Positions 24,674-36,889 of a stretch of DNA of 64,000 nt are shown piece by piece. The notes under the pieces were generated by a model that saw nothing but the letters and a program-made list of their open reading frames with translations, had not been told where the DNA came from and searched no databases. The stretch comes from Octopus sinensis (lineage: Eukaryota). Each line of letters opens with the position of its first letter. The stretch's first letter is position 1. The translations under genes were made by a program, and so were the position numbers. Location: NCBI RefSeq assembly GCF_006345805.1, contig NC_042998.1:151466001-151530000 (forward strand), read 5' to 3'.

Positions 24674-25189
24674 CAATTGCATATGTATATAATCAACACA
24701 CACACCACACACATATATAGTGTTATATACCTTTATATTATACCGAGTTATTTGATATTACTGTGTTTTTTCCCACGACTCCTCCTGTTTACTGTGTATT
24801 TCCTTTCTTTTTGTGTCTGCCTCATCCTCTCACTCTGCAGACGCATACATATACATACATACATACATACATACATACATACATACATACATACATACAT
24901 ACATACATACATACATACATACATACATACATACGTACAGACATACATACTATGTGTATATGTATACATACCAACAGTCATACTTACGTACCTACCTCAA
25001 TAATATATGTATACAAAGATATATACCCACACACACTCACACACATATATATATATGCATACGCATGCAATGCGCACACGCACTCACATACACATACAGC
25101 CGCACGCATTGTACGAGGTCATATGTAAGTCTACTACTAGCACCCTGTAAGCCTGTGCTATGGTCAAGTTGTGGGTGACACAACCCGCT

Positions 25190-25790
25190 TCTCCTAGATA
25201 TATAAAGTTTCTTTTTCTCAGGCAGCGGAGTGTCTGAATGCTCTGCAGGTCCAAAACCATGTCAAACGGTCAAGGTATCCATGTCAGCCCTTGTATTTGT
25301 TTTCATGTCCAGGTGTTCGGGGTTTTCTTCAGCGGACTCAGGTGAGAAACGTTTAAGTCTTCCTCTTTCAAGGATGGTACCTTTAACCACACAACACTCT
25401 CTCTGGCTGTGCTTCTGTAGGTCAGCTAGTTTCGACGTGTTTTACTTTCACCTGACGTCTCTTGTCTTTCAGCTGTGTCTTGTCTCGATCTTGTTATCCA
25501 GACAAAGCTTTTGAAAATTTAGTTCCATGCAAGCGACATCCCTTATAAACATTCCCATTAAGCCAAGTACATCAACATGTCTTGTTTTCTGATCAACCAA
25601 GCTCACCATCCTCTTTCCTTCTGGTCATATAAGCGGGTGTTCTCGGAAATAGATTGTCGAGTTTTCATCTCTCAAATCCGGACAAACCAGGATTCGAACT
25701 CTTCCACATCACAACCAGACAGCACACTTTTCACTGCTTCAGTCTCTTCACATTGTGTCACTCTGATTTGATCTTAGAATTGATTTTAGG
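25190..25790 (-). mobile_element. Probable heavily decayed RTE-like LINE 3' fragment
   Basis: Purine-rich minus strand with weak RLYD and VKGT..RGRLKR similarity to RTE C-termini; many stops. Confidence 0.35.
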
Positions 25791-25937
25791 TGACACTTGT
25801 GTATGGAATACACAGCCACTTTTAAATTAATTTCAATTGGATGAATAACTGAATACTCATTGTCGAGACGTTAATGTGCGCGCAAGCACACACGCACACA
25901 CACACACACGCACACACACACACACCACACACACACA

Positions 25938-25980
<43 letters not shown>

Positions 25981-26232
25981 ACAATACACACACATGACTG
26001 TGCTCACAAAAGAACGTATTTGTTGGTGACATACTATTCTGCTTCTTGGAAAAGCGATATTCCGGTTCTCTCCTTATTTGTTGGTGAAAATATGTGTAAA
26101 TGAAAACCAATTCTTTAAGAATCACTTCTTTAAGAATCACGCGTCTTTATTTATGACAGTAGCATGAAAGAATGGAAAGGGTGAGAGGGTGAGAACGTGA
26201 AGGGAGATGGAAGGAGGAGACATCTATCCATC

Positions 26233-26289
<57 letters not shown>

Positions 26290-26296
26290 ATATATA

Positions 26297-26337
<41 letters not shown>

Positions 26338-26400
26338 CACACACATATATACATAGAGAAAGTGAAATGAGATGGAGGGAAGAGACACACATACACACCT

Positions 26401-26432
<32 letters not shown>

Positions 26433-26449
26433 TCGCGCACACACACGCG

Positions 26450-26519
<70 letters not shown>

Positions 26520-28350
26520 CATAGAGAGACAGACAGACAGAGAGAAAGGGGTGAGCAGGAGGATTGAGGACGTGACTGTTAACATAGCCATCGAGATTTC
26601 GAAGGTGAAGGTTATGACCTTCATTGTCGGTAGTTAGGAATATCAGAGAGGGTACTTTTGTTAGGAATTAGAGAAATTACTATTTAAAGTGAAAGAAATT
26701 ACATTTAAAGTGAAAGAAACGTTTGTTGAGGGTAAGGACCAGTTGTGGAGTGTAGTATTGAAGGTTAATGGATGGGTCACCATCAGAAGGGTTTACAATG
26801 TTAGGTGGGGAAAATAAAGGAGTTATCACATTGTATGACTGAATATTTGGGAGAGAAGGAGTGTTTGGGAGAAACTTTGTTTTGTACGTAGTGTATGGAT
26901 CTGGAAACAAAAATGTAGAGGAACTAAATGAAAATAATTTTTCAGTGGAAGTGAGATTTATAGATCTATGTTGATTAGGTAGTTAAGAAGTTTCTGGTAT
27001 GTTGGGTGGTAAGGTTTACAAAACGTAGAAGGCGAAATGAATTTTAATAGGTGACGTAGCTTTCTGACCATTTATTGATACCTTATTTATTGATAGTTGT
27101 GTTGCAGTTGTTGAAGTGTGTACAGAAAGATTTACTGAAGGTAGCAGACTGTCTGGTAAGGGAATTGAAGTATATGTGTAAGTGAAACCTTTGGAAAGTC
27201 TAGGGATGCGGACATTAGTTGTGTGATGGACGTAAAAGAACTTATCCTCTGAGATTGTATAGGAGAATCGATTGTTTCTTATTGGTCAGAAATAAAGCAC
27301 ATTCTTTGCCAAGAATTCCTTACAACTAGTACTGTTTCAACTGGCAGGTCTTTATGGATATAAGCTACTAACTGGCACTATCTGAACAAGTCCGGTACGG
27401 TACTAACACATACATTTAGCGAATTCAACTTTAGAATTAAAGGTCTAGCTGACAAGATATGCATCTAGTTAGGTATCACATTGAAATTAATTACCAGCAT
27501 GTAATGCAATTCTATAAAGACACACGACAGCCCATTACTGTCTAAAACAGATTCTATTTACTCACCAGGTGTGTTAGAAAATTTAGTTAAAATATTAGCA
27601 GAAGAATAGCTATCTTCCGACAAAGATACTTATTTCAAGTTATCCTCATAAAAAAAATCAGAGAAATTAGAAAACACCCCCCAAAAGGTAGAGAAAATTA
27701 TAGAATAAAGAAAAGAGAAAGAAGTTAGTTTAACTAGATCTTTAGAATAAATCTGGTGTACAACATAGCTAGAAATATCTTTTCATTAAACAAGAACGTA
27801 TTTGCCCATCAATCATAAAAGCTGTATGGTCAACAGTAACAACCTTGTACAAAAAAGTAAATGTACAACCAGTTATAAGTGCATATCATCAGCAGATTAC
27901 AAGTGCAGCAATACGATATCCTGCATATCAACAATTACCTCACAATCAATCATAAAAGAGTATCAAGAGAAAATGTGATCTACATATTGTGGAAAATCAG
28001 TAAATTTGAGCGCTCAGAGAATAGGTCCAACCGATCCCTTATGATGCAAGGTAAGTAAAATTTAACCCTCTTCTTTATTATAAAACGTTCAGGATGAACA
28101 CCACTGATATTATATCAATATAACTGTTTGAAGTAATAACAGTTTTCCCTCATGTTAATGTTATCTGGTGCAAGCAAAACAACATAAATAAGACCAGGTT
28201 TCGAAATATAGACTTGAAAATAAACATTACATGGATAATAAAGTGTAACTTCATACTATATATATATATATATATATATATGCAAATTAATAACCAGATT
28301 CAACGAAAGATAGCACCTGTTACGGATGTGTTTAAAAACACAATATAGAC

Positions 28351-28775
28351 GCAGATGTGACTGTGTGGCAAGGAGCTTGCTTCCCAATCACATGGCTCTG
28401 GGTTCAGTCCCACTGCGTTGAACTTTTGGCAAGTATTTTCTATCGTAGCCTCGGTACGACAAAAGCCTTGTGAGTAGATATGGTAGACGCAAACTGAAAG
28501 AAGCCTGTCGTATATATGTGTGTGTGTATGTGTGTGTATATGTGTGTGTGCGCGCGCGTATTTGTGTGTGTGTGTTTCTACTCCATCACCGCTTGACAAC
28601 CGGTGTTGGTGTGTTTACTTCCCCGTAACTTAGCGGTTCAGCAAAAGAGACCGGTGCAATAAGTGCTAAGCTTCAAAAGAAGTCCTGGGGTTAATTTGTT
28701 TGACTCAAACCCTTCAAGGCGGTACCCCAGCATGGCTGCAGTCAAATGACTGAAACAAGTAAAAGAATAAAAAAA
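28351..28775 (+). mobile_element. SINE family B, full-length, with internal microsatellite
   Basis: tRNA-like head GCAGATGTGACTGTGTGGCAAGGAGCTTGC..GGGTTCAGTCCC, a (TG)n middle, and 3' tail CCCCAGCATGGCTGCAGTCAAATGACTGAAACAAGTAAAAG. Confidence 0.88.
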
Positions 28776-29212
28776 TAGAAGAATATGTGGGAAGGCGACG
28801 CAAATCTTGAAAGCAACGGCTAGCCAGAATGTCAGACGATGTCCAACTCACTGGTCCAAAGCATGTGGCTGGCTGTGAAAACACGCCATTGACTTGGTGC
28901 AACGAGACCGAACTACATCTAGTATTCTTGCTATGGGATCCTTTCCATGTATATTGTGTTTTTGGACACAGCACGTCAATAACATGATTTTCCTATTGGA
29001 AGCAATGTATGTGTACACCCCCCCACATTTATATATACACAGATTCATATTTGTGTACGCGTACGTCTGTGTGTGTGTGCGCAGTGTGTATGCGTATTAG
29101 TGTGTGTGTGAGAGACCAACTGAGGTCGTATGACTCGATTCAGGATTTCCTTGATTTTATTCCATTTTACTTCTAATATATAGTTGGCCAAAGCATCAAC
29201 ATCACAACTTCC

Positions 29213-29327
29213 ACTTCCGCAGTTAATAACCTCCAACATTATGTACACATGACGGAAACCGGAAGCCATTCTTGTATATCCTTTCTAAAGAAAGTATGAC
29301 GTCACATCAGCTGCCACCGGAACCGGA
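29213..29327. promoter_or_regulatory. Candidate ETS/CRE motif cluster
   Basis: ACTTCCGC 29213-29220, CGGAAACCGGAAG 29253-29265, TGACGTCA 29297-29304, CCGGAACCGGA 29317-29327. Confidence 0.35.
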
Positions 29328-29489
29328 TAAGCGACATGAAGGCAATAATGTTAATGGATATATATATCGATCTCATGATTATTAGTTTGTGGGAGTATAT
29401 AAAATTGTGTGTATATAAATAGACATGTATGCACGTTTTTTGTGTCCATGTGTGGACTGTGTTGCATTATAAACATATAGAAATAAAGA

Positions 29490-29493
29490 TGTG

Positions 29494-29524
<31 letters not shown>

Positions 29525-29691
29525 GATTATGATATATATATATAGACTATATATATATATATATATATTAGATATGTATATATATATATTATATATATGT
29601 AGATTATATGTATTATAGTTATATGTATAATATATGTATATATATATAGTATATCTATATGGAATATATATATATATATATAATAGTTATA

Positions 29692-29743
<52 letters not shown>

Positions 29744-29796
29744 TATAACATATATATGTTATATATATATATATATATAAATATATATAATATATG

Positions 29797-29834
<38 letters not shown>

Positions 29835-29890
29835 TTGTGTGGTGTGTGTAGGTATGTGCCTGTATGTGTGTACATATATTACACACACAC
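29490..29890. repeat. Long imperfect (TA)n microsatellite
   Basis: Directly visible. Confidence 0.95.
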
Positions 29891-30721
29891 ACATATATAT
29901 AGGTAGGATCAGGCAGATAGACAAACTGTCAGACATACTAAAAACTTACACACCAACATCTATTGCAATTACCACAGATCACTTTCTGTTTAGATTAAAA
30001 AGCAGAACCATTTCCATAGACTTCAAGCTTATCGGTGACTGTCTCTCTATTATCATGCGCTACTTATTTCCCGCTCTTCCGAACGCAGTGCCATTACTGT
30101 TGGCTTCAGTAAAGCTTTCGACCGTGTCAGGCTCGTGACTCTTGCTGGTAATTTGGCCACCGCCTACAGGCTCCATCATTTTCTTTGTTTGAAATTTTCG
30201 TGCCTGATCGCCCTCGTGCGGACTATGTCAATAAAAAAGCTCGCTTTCATTTCAATTCTGTTTTGCTGTACTTGAAGTTTGAGGCAGCGGAATACGAAAA
30301 TAGAAGTTGGGGCATTGATGCCTTTACCATCGATATTATTCAAGTACATGGTATGAAATGTATCCAAGACTAAAGTGAGTCCTACGGAGTAGGATGCTCA
30401 CTCACACTCACACGCACATACACACATACACACACACTCACATGCACGCTCGCAAACACAAACACATACACGCACACACACACACGAGCACGCAGACGCA
30501 CACACGCACACATGCATGCACGTTATGTGTCAAATTTTAGTAGGGTCTCCACGTTTTCTTCCACGAATCAATGAATTGTTTTTTCTTAGCATTAATTCCA
30601 CATTGTCTTCACTCTCCGCCTCCGTAAAAGTTTTCGTCCAGTCATGCCTCCTAATTATATCTCTATGCTGGATATACTAATTTTATGAAGCTACCCCTTT
30701 TAACAAACAGATCTACCTCTA

Positions 30722-31265
30722 CAGTTCTATATTTAAGAGATGAAGAATTATGTACATCTTCTTGGTGGGACCAGAGTATGAAGGTGTCATCAGCATATCG
30801 CAGCCATAGGGTTGGTTTTAGTGATGTTGATCCTAAAGCCATATTCTCGAAGTATTCCATGTATATATTGGATATTATCGGTGATAATGGTGAACCCATA
30901 GCTAAACCCTCTTCTTGTCGATATATATCAGTGTTCATACTGAAGTAGGTAGTTCAGTATGTCCAAGTGCAGTTAGATCATGTGAACTCAATAAAGCCAT
31001 CCATACAGTTCACAATGGAAAAAGAAAAAGACAATCAGCTAGCATTCCTGGACGAATTAATAACACGCACCAAGTATGGATTCAGGACATCCGTATGCCG
31101 CAGGCGGACCTTTACTGGACGATTCCTCAACTTCAACCCCCACCATCCATACAGTGTAAAGAGAGGGATTGCTCAGTGCCTAAAACATCAAGCAAAGAAT
31201 ATAAGTCGCGATCAGGATTCCCATCACGAAGACATGATCAAGCTCAATAACAATCTATTAAGTGA
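30722..31265 (+). mobile_element. Penelope/Poseidon-type PLE RT fragment with 5' inversion
   Basis: Minus strand 30750-30960: YRQEEGLAMGSPLSP..WLRYADDTFILWSHQEDV. Plus strand from 30961: VQVQLDHVNSIKPSIQFTMEKE..LAFLD..HHP. Confidence 0.88.
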
Positions 31266-31267
31266 CC

Positions 31268-31269
31268 TA

Positions 31270-31301
<32 letters not shown>

Positions 31302-31318
31302 TGATGATGATGATGATG

Positions 31319-31349
<31 letters not shown>

Positions 31350-31396
31350 TGATGACGATGATGATGATGATGATGATGATGATAATAATAATAATG

Positions 31397-31445
<49 letters not shown>

Positions 31446-31447
31446 TA
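31268..31447. repeat. (AAT)n/(GAT)n array
   Basis: Directly visible. Confidence 0.95.
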
Positions 31448-31978
31448 TTGAAAGACTTCAGACAAAGAACATGCCTCCTCATTGATATGACTGTCCCAAT
31501 CGATATAAACGTATCTGTCAAGACCTACCAAAAACTGAGCAAATATAAAGATCTTGAAATAGAAATCAGCAAAATGTGGAAGCTGAAGACTGAAACAATA
31601 CCTGTTGTCATAGGTGCCCTGGGAATGATAGCGAAAGGGACTGATTGCTACCTAACTCAGATACCAGGAAACCCCAAAATGGCAGAAATTCAAAAGATAG
31701 TGCTCATGGGAACTGCTCATATCCTACGCAAAATACTCTCTATGTAATCCCAAGGTTTAAACCAAACTTTTTTTTATTTCTTTTTTATATTTTTTATATT
31801 TTTTATTTTTTATTTATTTATTTTTTATTTTTATGTATTAGACATTCACTAGTACAACACCAAAAAAAAAAAAACTCCAAATATATGGCACAGAACTTCC
31901 AACCTGTTGTCTCTTGAAGGTCTCTGAGTGAGACTTGGAGCCAACTTGTACAGACATAAAGCAAAAGTCAAACATAGA
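31448..31978 (+). mobile_element. Dong/R4 LINE 3' fragment in (TAA)n
   Basis: RTCLLIDMTVP..K.SKYKDLEIEISKMW..IPVVIGALG..LRKILSM*, then 3' UTR. AAT runs on both sides. Confidence 0.9.
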
Positions 31979-32044
31979 ATAATAATAAAATAACAAATAA
32001 TAATAATAATAATTAATAATAATAATATAATAATAATGATAATG

Positions 32045-32190
32045 ATAACATCGAAAAATACCTTAGGAATGAGAAACCAGGTTCAAAATTTCCCCAGACA
32101 CCTGATGAAGGCTGGAGGGTATATCAGCTGAAACGTTGTATTAACAACAAATAAGATGAGGACAAATATATGTCAACTGTAAAAATTGTA
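32045..32190 (+). mobile_element. Short PLE pLTR / non-autonomous unit carrying an HHR
   Basis: Contains the HHR at 32097-32142. Its 3' part (AACAAATAAGATGAGGACAAATAT) recurs as a fold-back at 33126-33247. Confidence 0.7.
32097..32142 (+). ncRNA. Minimal type I HHR motif
   Basis: GACAC-CTGATGA-AGGCTG-GAGGGTATA-TCAGCT-GAAAC-GTT-GTATT. Confidence 0.65.
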
Positions 32191-32458
32191 GATCAACTTC
32201 TGCAGAAATCCTTCGTAACGGCGGTTATAGCAGAATATATGATAGCACTATTAACCTGACCCAGTGTTCCTCAACCTTTTTACCCTTGCGTATCCCTTAA
32301 AATAAATTACGTGTCTCAAGAACCCCTGCATAAAAAAACATATGTACTATATCTCTCTCCAATTCTTTTCATCCTAGTTTACGTGGTAGATATCATATAC
32401 ATACATACATACATACAACATACATACATACATACATACATAAATACCTACATACATA

Positions 32459-32502
<44 letters not shown>

Positions 32503-32595
32503 TATATATTATATATATATATATTATATATATATATATACATATGAATAAATGTAAAGAATGGAGTGGAACGAAGATTTTAAAAAATTCCTTTA

Positions 32596-32677
32596 CTTTC
32601 GACACATGTTTCGAAGACTGCATATTCTTAATTCCGAAGGAATAAAGTTGCATTATACCGTCGTCTCTTCAGGAAAG
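32596..32677 (-). ncRNA. Type I HHR, extended stem II
   Basis: Mirror image of 32751-32833 with one stem II mismatch. Confidence 0.72.
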
Positions 32678-32750
32678 ACAAGGAGCCTCTATCAGACTCA
32701 CGAAGAACAAAAAGTTTTTGTTCGTCGTGAGACTGATAGAGGCTCCTTGT

Positions 32751-32833
32751 CTTTCCTGAAGAGAAGACGGTATAATGCACACTTTATTCCTTCGGAATTA
32801 AGAATATGCAGTCTTCGAAACATGTGTCGAAAG
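32751..32833 (+). ncRNA. Type I HHR, extended stem II, all canonical elements intact
   Basis: CTTTC-CTGAAGA-GAAGAC...GTCTTC-GAAAC-ATGT-GTC-GAAAG. Confidence 0.8.
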
Positions 32834-33097
32834 TAAAGGAATTTTGTTAAAATCTTCGTTCGACTCCATTCTTTTCATTTATTCATATAAAACAAAAGCA
32901 CACAAATTTCCACACAGGAACACGGGGTTTTGCCCTTGGCATGTTGCTTCAACCGTGTTTTCTGACGTGAATTTGCCACCCAGGTATCGATTAACCAAAT
33001 TATCCAGACTAGGATAATTCATTCACCTACTTAAATATATATATTATATATATATATATATATAAGATATATATATAGATATATATATATATATATA

Positions 33098-33247
33098 CTG
33101 TTCTGTATTTTAGAGATGAGGAATTTATGTAATTTACATATTTACATTATTTACATTAGAAGGATATGTGTCCTCATCTTGTTTGTACAAACAACAAACA
33201 AGATGATGACATGTCCGTCCAATGTAAATAATGTAAATAATGTATAC
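33098..33247. repeat. Short fold-back of a pLTR 3' end
   Basis: TTTACATTATTTACATT..GTCCTCATCTTGTTTGT faces ACAAACAAGATGATGAC..AATGTAAATAATGTAAA. Confidence 0.75.
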
Positions 33248-33257
33248 ATATTGCTGT

Positions 33258-33760
33258 TGGCATCCTTTCGTCTCGGGAGACAATGAAGTTGTGCATAAAA
33301 TAATCTAGTCCGGCTTTTACATTTCATGTTCTAATACATCTCCTGCTGTGGCTGTGTAGTCCTATCCTGGACAAACACACTCTGGCAGGTGCCGCAAATG
33401 TAGCAATGACTTTGCCTGGCTGGTTGTAATGTCTTAGTTTCTTGTTGACGTCTTTTCTTGTCTTTCCATTTCTCCTATCTCCCTCTGTCACTCCTTTGTG
33501 TTTCCTCTTTTACGGTACGTCTCCAATCTCCACGGTTGCTGGCAACCGCTTCCCAGTTGCAAATATTGATGTCGCAGGCCTTCATGTCCCTTTTGCAAAC
33601 ATCTCTGTATCGTAAGAACTGCCTTTCAACAGACCTAGTATCCCTAGCAAGCTCTCCGTAGAGTATGTCCTGGGGGATTCTGCCAGCTTCCATACGACTA
33701 ACATGTCCAAGCCATCTCATACGTATTTGTATACGCCTGTATAGTAATATCACGATCATG
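33258..33760 (-). mobile_element. RTE (BovB-like) LINE 3' end
   Basis: RWLGHVSRMEAGRIPQDILYGEL..LRYRDVCKRDMK..W..WR; terminal CLSRIGLHSHSRRC; 3' end TTGTCTCCCGAGACGAAAGGATGCC. Confidence 0.88.
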
Positions 33761-34679
33761 AAATTAGCATTAGCTTATCTCACTCTTTCTCGCGGAACCC
33801 CTAGGAATCTTTTGCGGAACCCTAGGGTGTCGAGGAACTCCGCTCGAGAAACGCTGCTCTAACCCTACTCAAGAATATCACAAAGTTGAAACCCTCTGAC
33901 ATACTATAAATACTTGAGCCATACAAACTCTGGTCATATATCTATCATTGTGATCACTCATTGATAATATTGTCAAAACTCAACTTTAATATGCTCTGGG
34001 CAGTCACAATATTTTCCAATGTTAAAAAGAAATTATTTCCGAAGAGCTCTACAACTCAGGAAAACCCAGATTAGATTCTTACTGAAATGGCTGAGATAGA
34101 GGTTATATCATAAACAAGGTAACTCATATTATTTGGTTGTTTGAGTGTTTGGGTATTTGGGTGTTTGGTTGGCTGGTTGATTTGTTGGTTGGTTCATTGG
34201 TTGGCTGGTGGGATGGTTGGCTGATTGCGACTTAACCACATCAGGTGATCACTGAAACCTTTTGTCAACACTTGACCTCTTCCACACCTACAACTGTTTC
34301 TACCTATCTTAACGAACAAGCTATGTAACTAAACGGCGTGCTGAGATTGCTCTTGCCATCTCTGTGGAGTAACAATCCTTAACCTTTTCACAAACGTCAT
34401 CATCGAAGCTTATCTTCTGGAAGTAGGGGTCCAGAAGAACTCTTTCCTAACTCCCTACGAGGATCATTGGAGATAAAATTCAAAGTGAACATCAACATCA
34501 CCCACCTAAAAAGGTTTTGCATATTGTTATAAACAGTATCACGTAGCTTTAAACTAAAATAGATAGACAGACCTCCCTCCCGCTCTCTGTCTGTCTGTCC
34601 ATCTCTTACACACACACACACACACGCACATACACACACACATACACACACACACACAAACACACACACATATCCAAAC

Positions 34680-34833
34680 ATGTCTGTGTGGTTAAGATGT
34701 TCATTTCACAATCACGCGGTTTCACTTGTGTCATATTACGAGGCATCTTGAGTAAGTATATTCTACTATAGCCTTGTGGTTGAATTTGTTAGAGGAAAAC
34801 TGCGTGGAATCCTGCCGCTTGTGTGTATGCACG
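34680..34833 (+). mobile_element. SINE family B, 5' half, interrupted by a mariner
   Basis: TGTGTGGTTAAGA..CAATCAC..CTTGAGTAAGT..TTCTACTATAGCC. Confidence 0.55.
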
Positions 34834-34835
34834 TA

Positions 34836-36020
34836 CGAGGGTGGGCTGAAAAGATCATAGGCTATGAAAGAATGATGCTAGAGCTATCAGATCTTGAATG
34901 CAATAATTACAATTCTTATCAATATCGACATTTTGTTTTTTGGGTAAACTGACATCTGAGTGTCGAAGAAGATTTCAGCATTAATTTGTAGCAACTTCTC
35001 TTGAAAATCAACAAAATTTGGCATAAGTACGCGAGAGGAAAGTGGTTCAGCCCCCAACGACATTCATGCTGACATACTTTCAACATTAGTGGATGATGCT
35101 CCAGCTTTAACAACAGTGAAAAAGTAGGCAGCTGAATTTAGGAAGGGAACGGCGAGTCTTTAAGAGGACCCAAGGTCGGGACGCTCTGAAACTGCAGCCA
35201 CCAAAGAATATATTCATCGTGTTCACCACATGGTGATGGATTACAAGGGTGATTGACTATAAATCAAATACCCAGTACTATTAGCAAATGTCTGAGAGAG
35301 TTGAGAATATTCTGCACAATGATCTTGGCATAACGAAAGATTCTGCTCAGTGGTTCCCACGTCTTCTGACATCTGATTCAAATGTCTCACATAACAGGAG
35401 AATCAGACATTGTTTTAGGCAGTTCCAGCTGGTTTCCTTGAACGTTTTCTAACCCTAGATGCATGTTGGCTTCATCATTTTGAACCAGAAAAAAAAGAGA
35501 TAATCCATAGAAGGAAAACATCCCTCTTCAACTGCTCTAAAGAAGGCCAAGGTCGTCTCATCTACAGGGAATGTGATGGTCTCAGTTTTTTTATGCAAAA
35601 GACATTGTGCTCATTAGCTATCTTCAAAAGGAACCACCATCAATAGAAAAGCACTGTACCAACTTAGTGAGGCAGTTAGGAATGGTAATCAAGACCGAAC
35701 GCACAGAAAACCGACGAAAAGACAATGATTCAGTACAGAAAGTTCTTGATTTCAATGGCTGCTGTGCGTGACTGTAGATTTGAACTAGTTGATCACCGCT
35801 CTCCATGATCTCTTGATCTGGCCTTATCTGACTATCATCTGTTCCCAACATGGAAAAACTCTTGGCCAGGAACCAATTTTACAGTGATGACGTCATATCT
35901 TCTGTTGATAACTTTTTTGACCAACAGGATGAAAAATTCTTCACCAATGTGACTCAAGCACTGCGGCACGGATGAAAGATATGCGTGGAAAGCAAGGAGG
36001 ACTATGTTTAAAAATAACTA
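34836..36020 (+). mobile_element. mariner DNA transposon relic
   Basis: TA followed by CGAGGGTGGGCTGAAAAG (TIR-like). Decayed DPRSGR, WFPRLLT, D.CWLHHFEPE, GNVMVSVF and SLDLALSDYHLF (YSPDLAP-like) motifs. Confidence 0.85.
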
Positions 36021-36284
36021 CTCTGAACCTGAAAACGCTCGCTGAACAAACTACACCATCAACTACCAATGGGACTCAGTCCACGGAGATTTGACATTGA
36101 TGTTACTGTATTTTAATCTATCCATCTTTGTATGTCTAGCTTTCTTTATGCATGAACCCATTTAAAAATATCAGATACATATCTGTGTGTATGTGTGTGT
36201 ACAGATAACATATATATAAATACATACATACATACATACATACATACATACATACATACATACATACATACATACATACAACAT

Positions 36285-36320
<36 letters not shown>

Positions 36321-36323
<3 letters not shown>

Positions 36324-36552
36324 CGGTGAGCTGGCAGAAATGTTAGCACGCCGGGCGAAATGCGTAGCCGTATTTCGTCTGCCGTTACGTTCTGAGTTCA
36401 AATTCTGCCGAGGTCGACTTTGCCTTTCATCCCTTCGGGGTCGATAAATAAAGTACCAGTTACGCACTGGGGTCGATGTAATCGACTTAATCCCTTTGTC
36501 TGTCCTTGTTTGTCCCCTCTATGTTTAGCCCCTTGTGGGCAGTAAAGAAATA
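36321..36552 (+). mobile_element. tRNA-derived SINE family A, young full-length copy
   Basis: AGGCGGTGAGCTGGCAGAAATGTTAGC (A box), GAGTTCAAATTC (B box), body ending GGGCAGTAAAGAAATA. Confidence 0.9.
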
Positions 36553-36604
36553 TATATATACATAGATAGATAGATAGATAGATATACATACATACACACA
36601 CACA

Positions 36605-36682
<78 letters not shown>

Positions 36683-36889
36683 TGACAGGTATTGGTATCT
36701 AGAAGATCCAAAGAGTGGCAGGTAACACTAAGTAAGTGTTATGGATGGACAGACCGTATTTAAATTCTTGGTTCGATAGTGATACTCGATACGAGTATAA
36801 AGTCTAATGTAGGTCTGTATTAGCATGCATATTATATATATAATAATATATATAATATATATATATTATATAATACATATATATATTAG

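Larger units (their letters stand above)
32541..32888. repeat. Near-perfect fold-back inverted repeat (~170-bp arms), each arm holding a complete HHR
   Basis: Centre GAACAAAAAGTTTTTGTTC at ~32704-32723; the arms are reverse-complementary with a few mismatches. Confidence 0.92.
32262..33856. mobile_element. Possible hAT (Charlie-like) non-autonomous element ends enclosing nested insertions
   Basis: Left end CAGTGTTCCTCAACC; right end CTCGAGAAACGCTG. The flanking 8-mers match at only 5 of 8 positions. Confidence 0.3.

Noticed and set aside
25222-25480. Apparent string of small plus-strand exons (AG|...|GT signals)
   Set aside because: The first implied intron is only 38 bp. The signals probably come from the pyrimidine-rich antisense strand of a decayed LINE.
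27900-28056. Perfect donor AAG|GTAAGT at ~28050
   Set aside because: No suitable upstream acceptor or open frame; an isolated consensus is expected by chance.
36321-36410. tRNA gene
   Set aside because: A/B-box-like motifs continue into a SINE body present in several copies; no complete cloverleaf is supportable.
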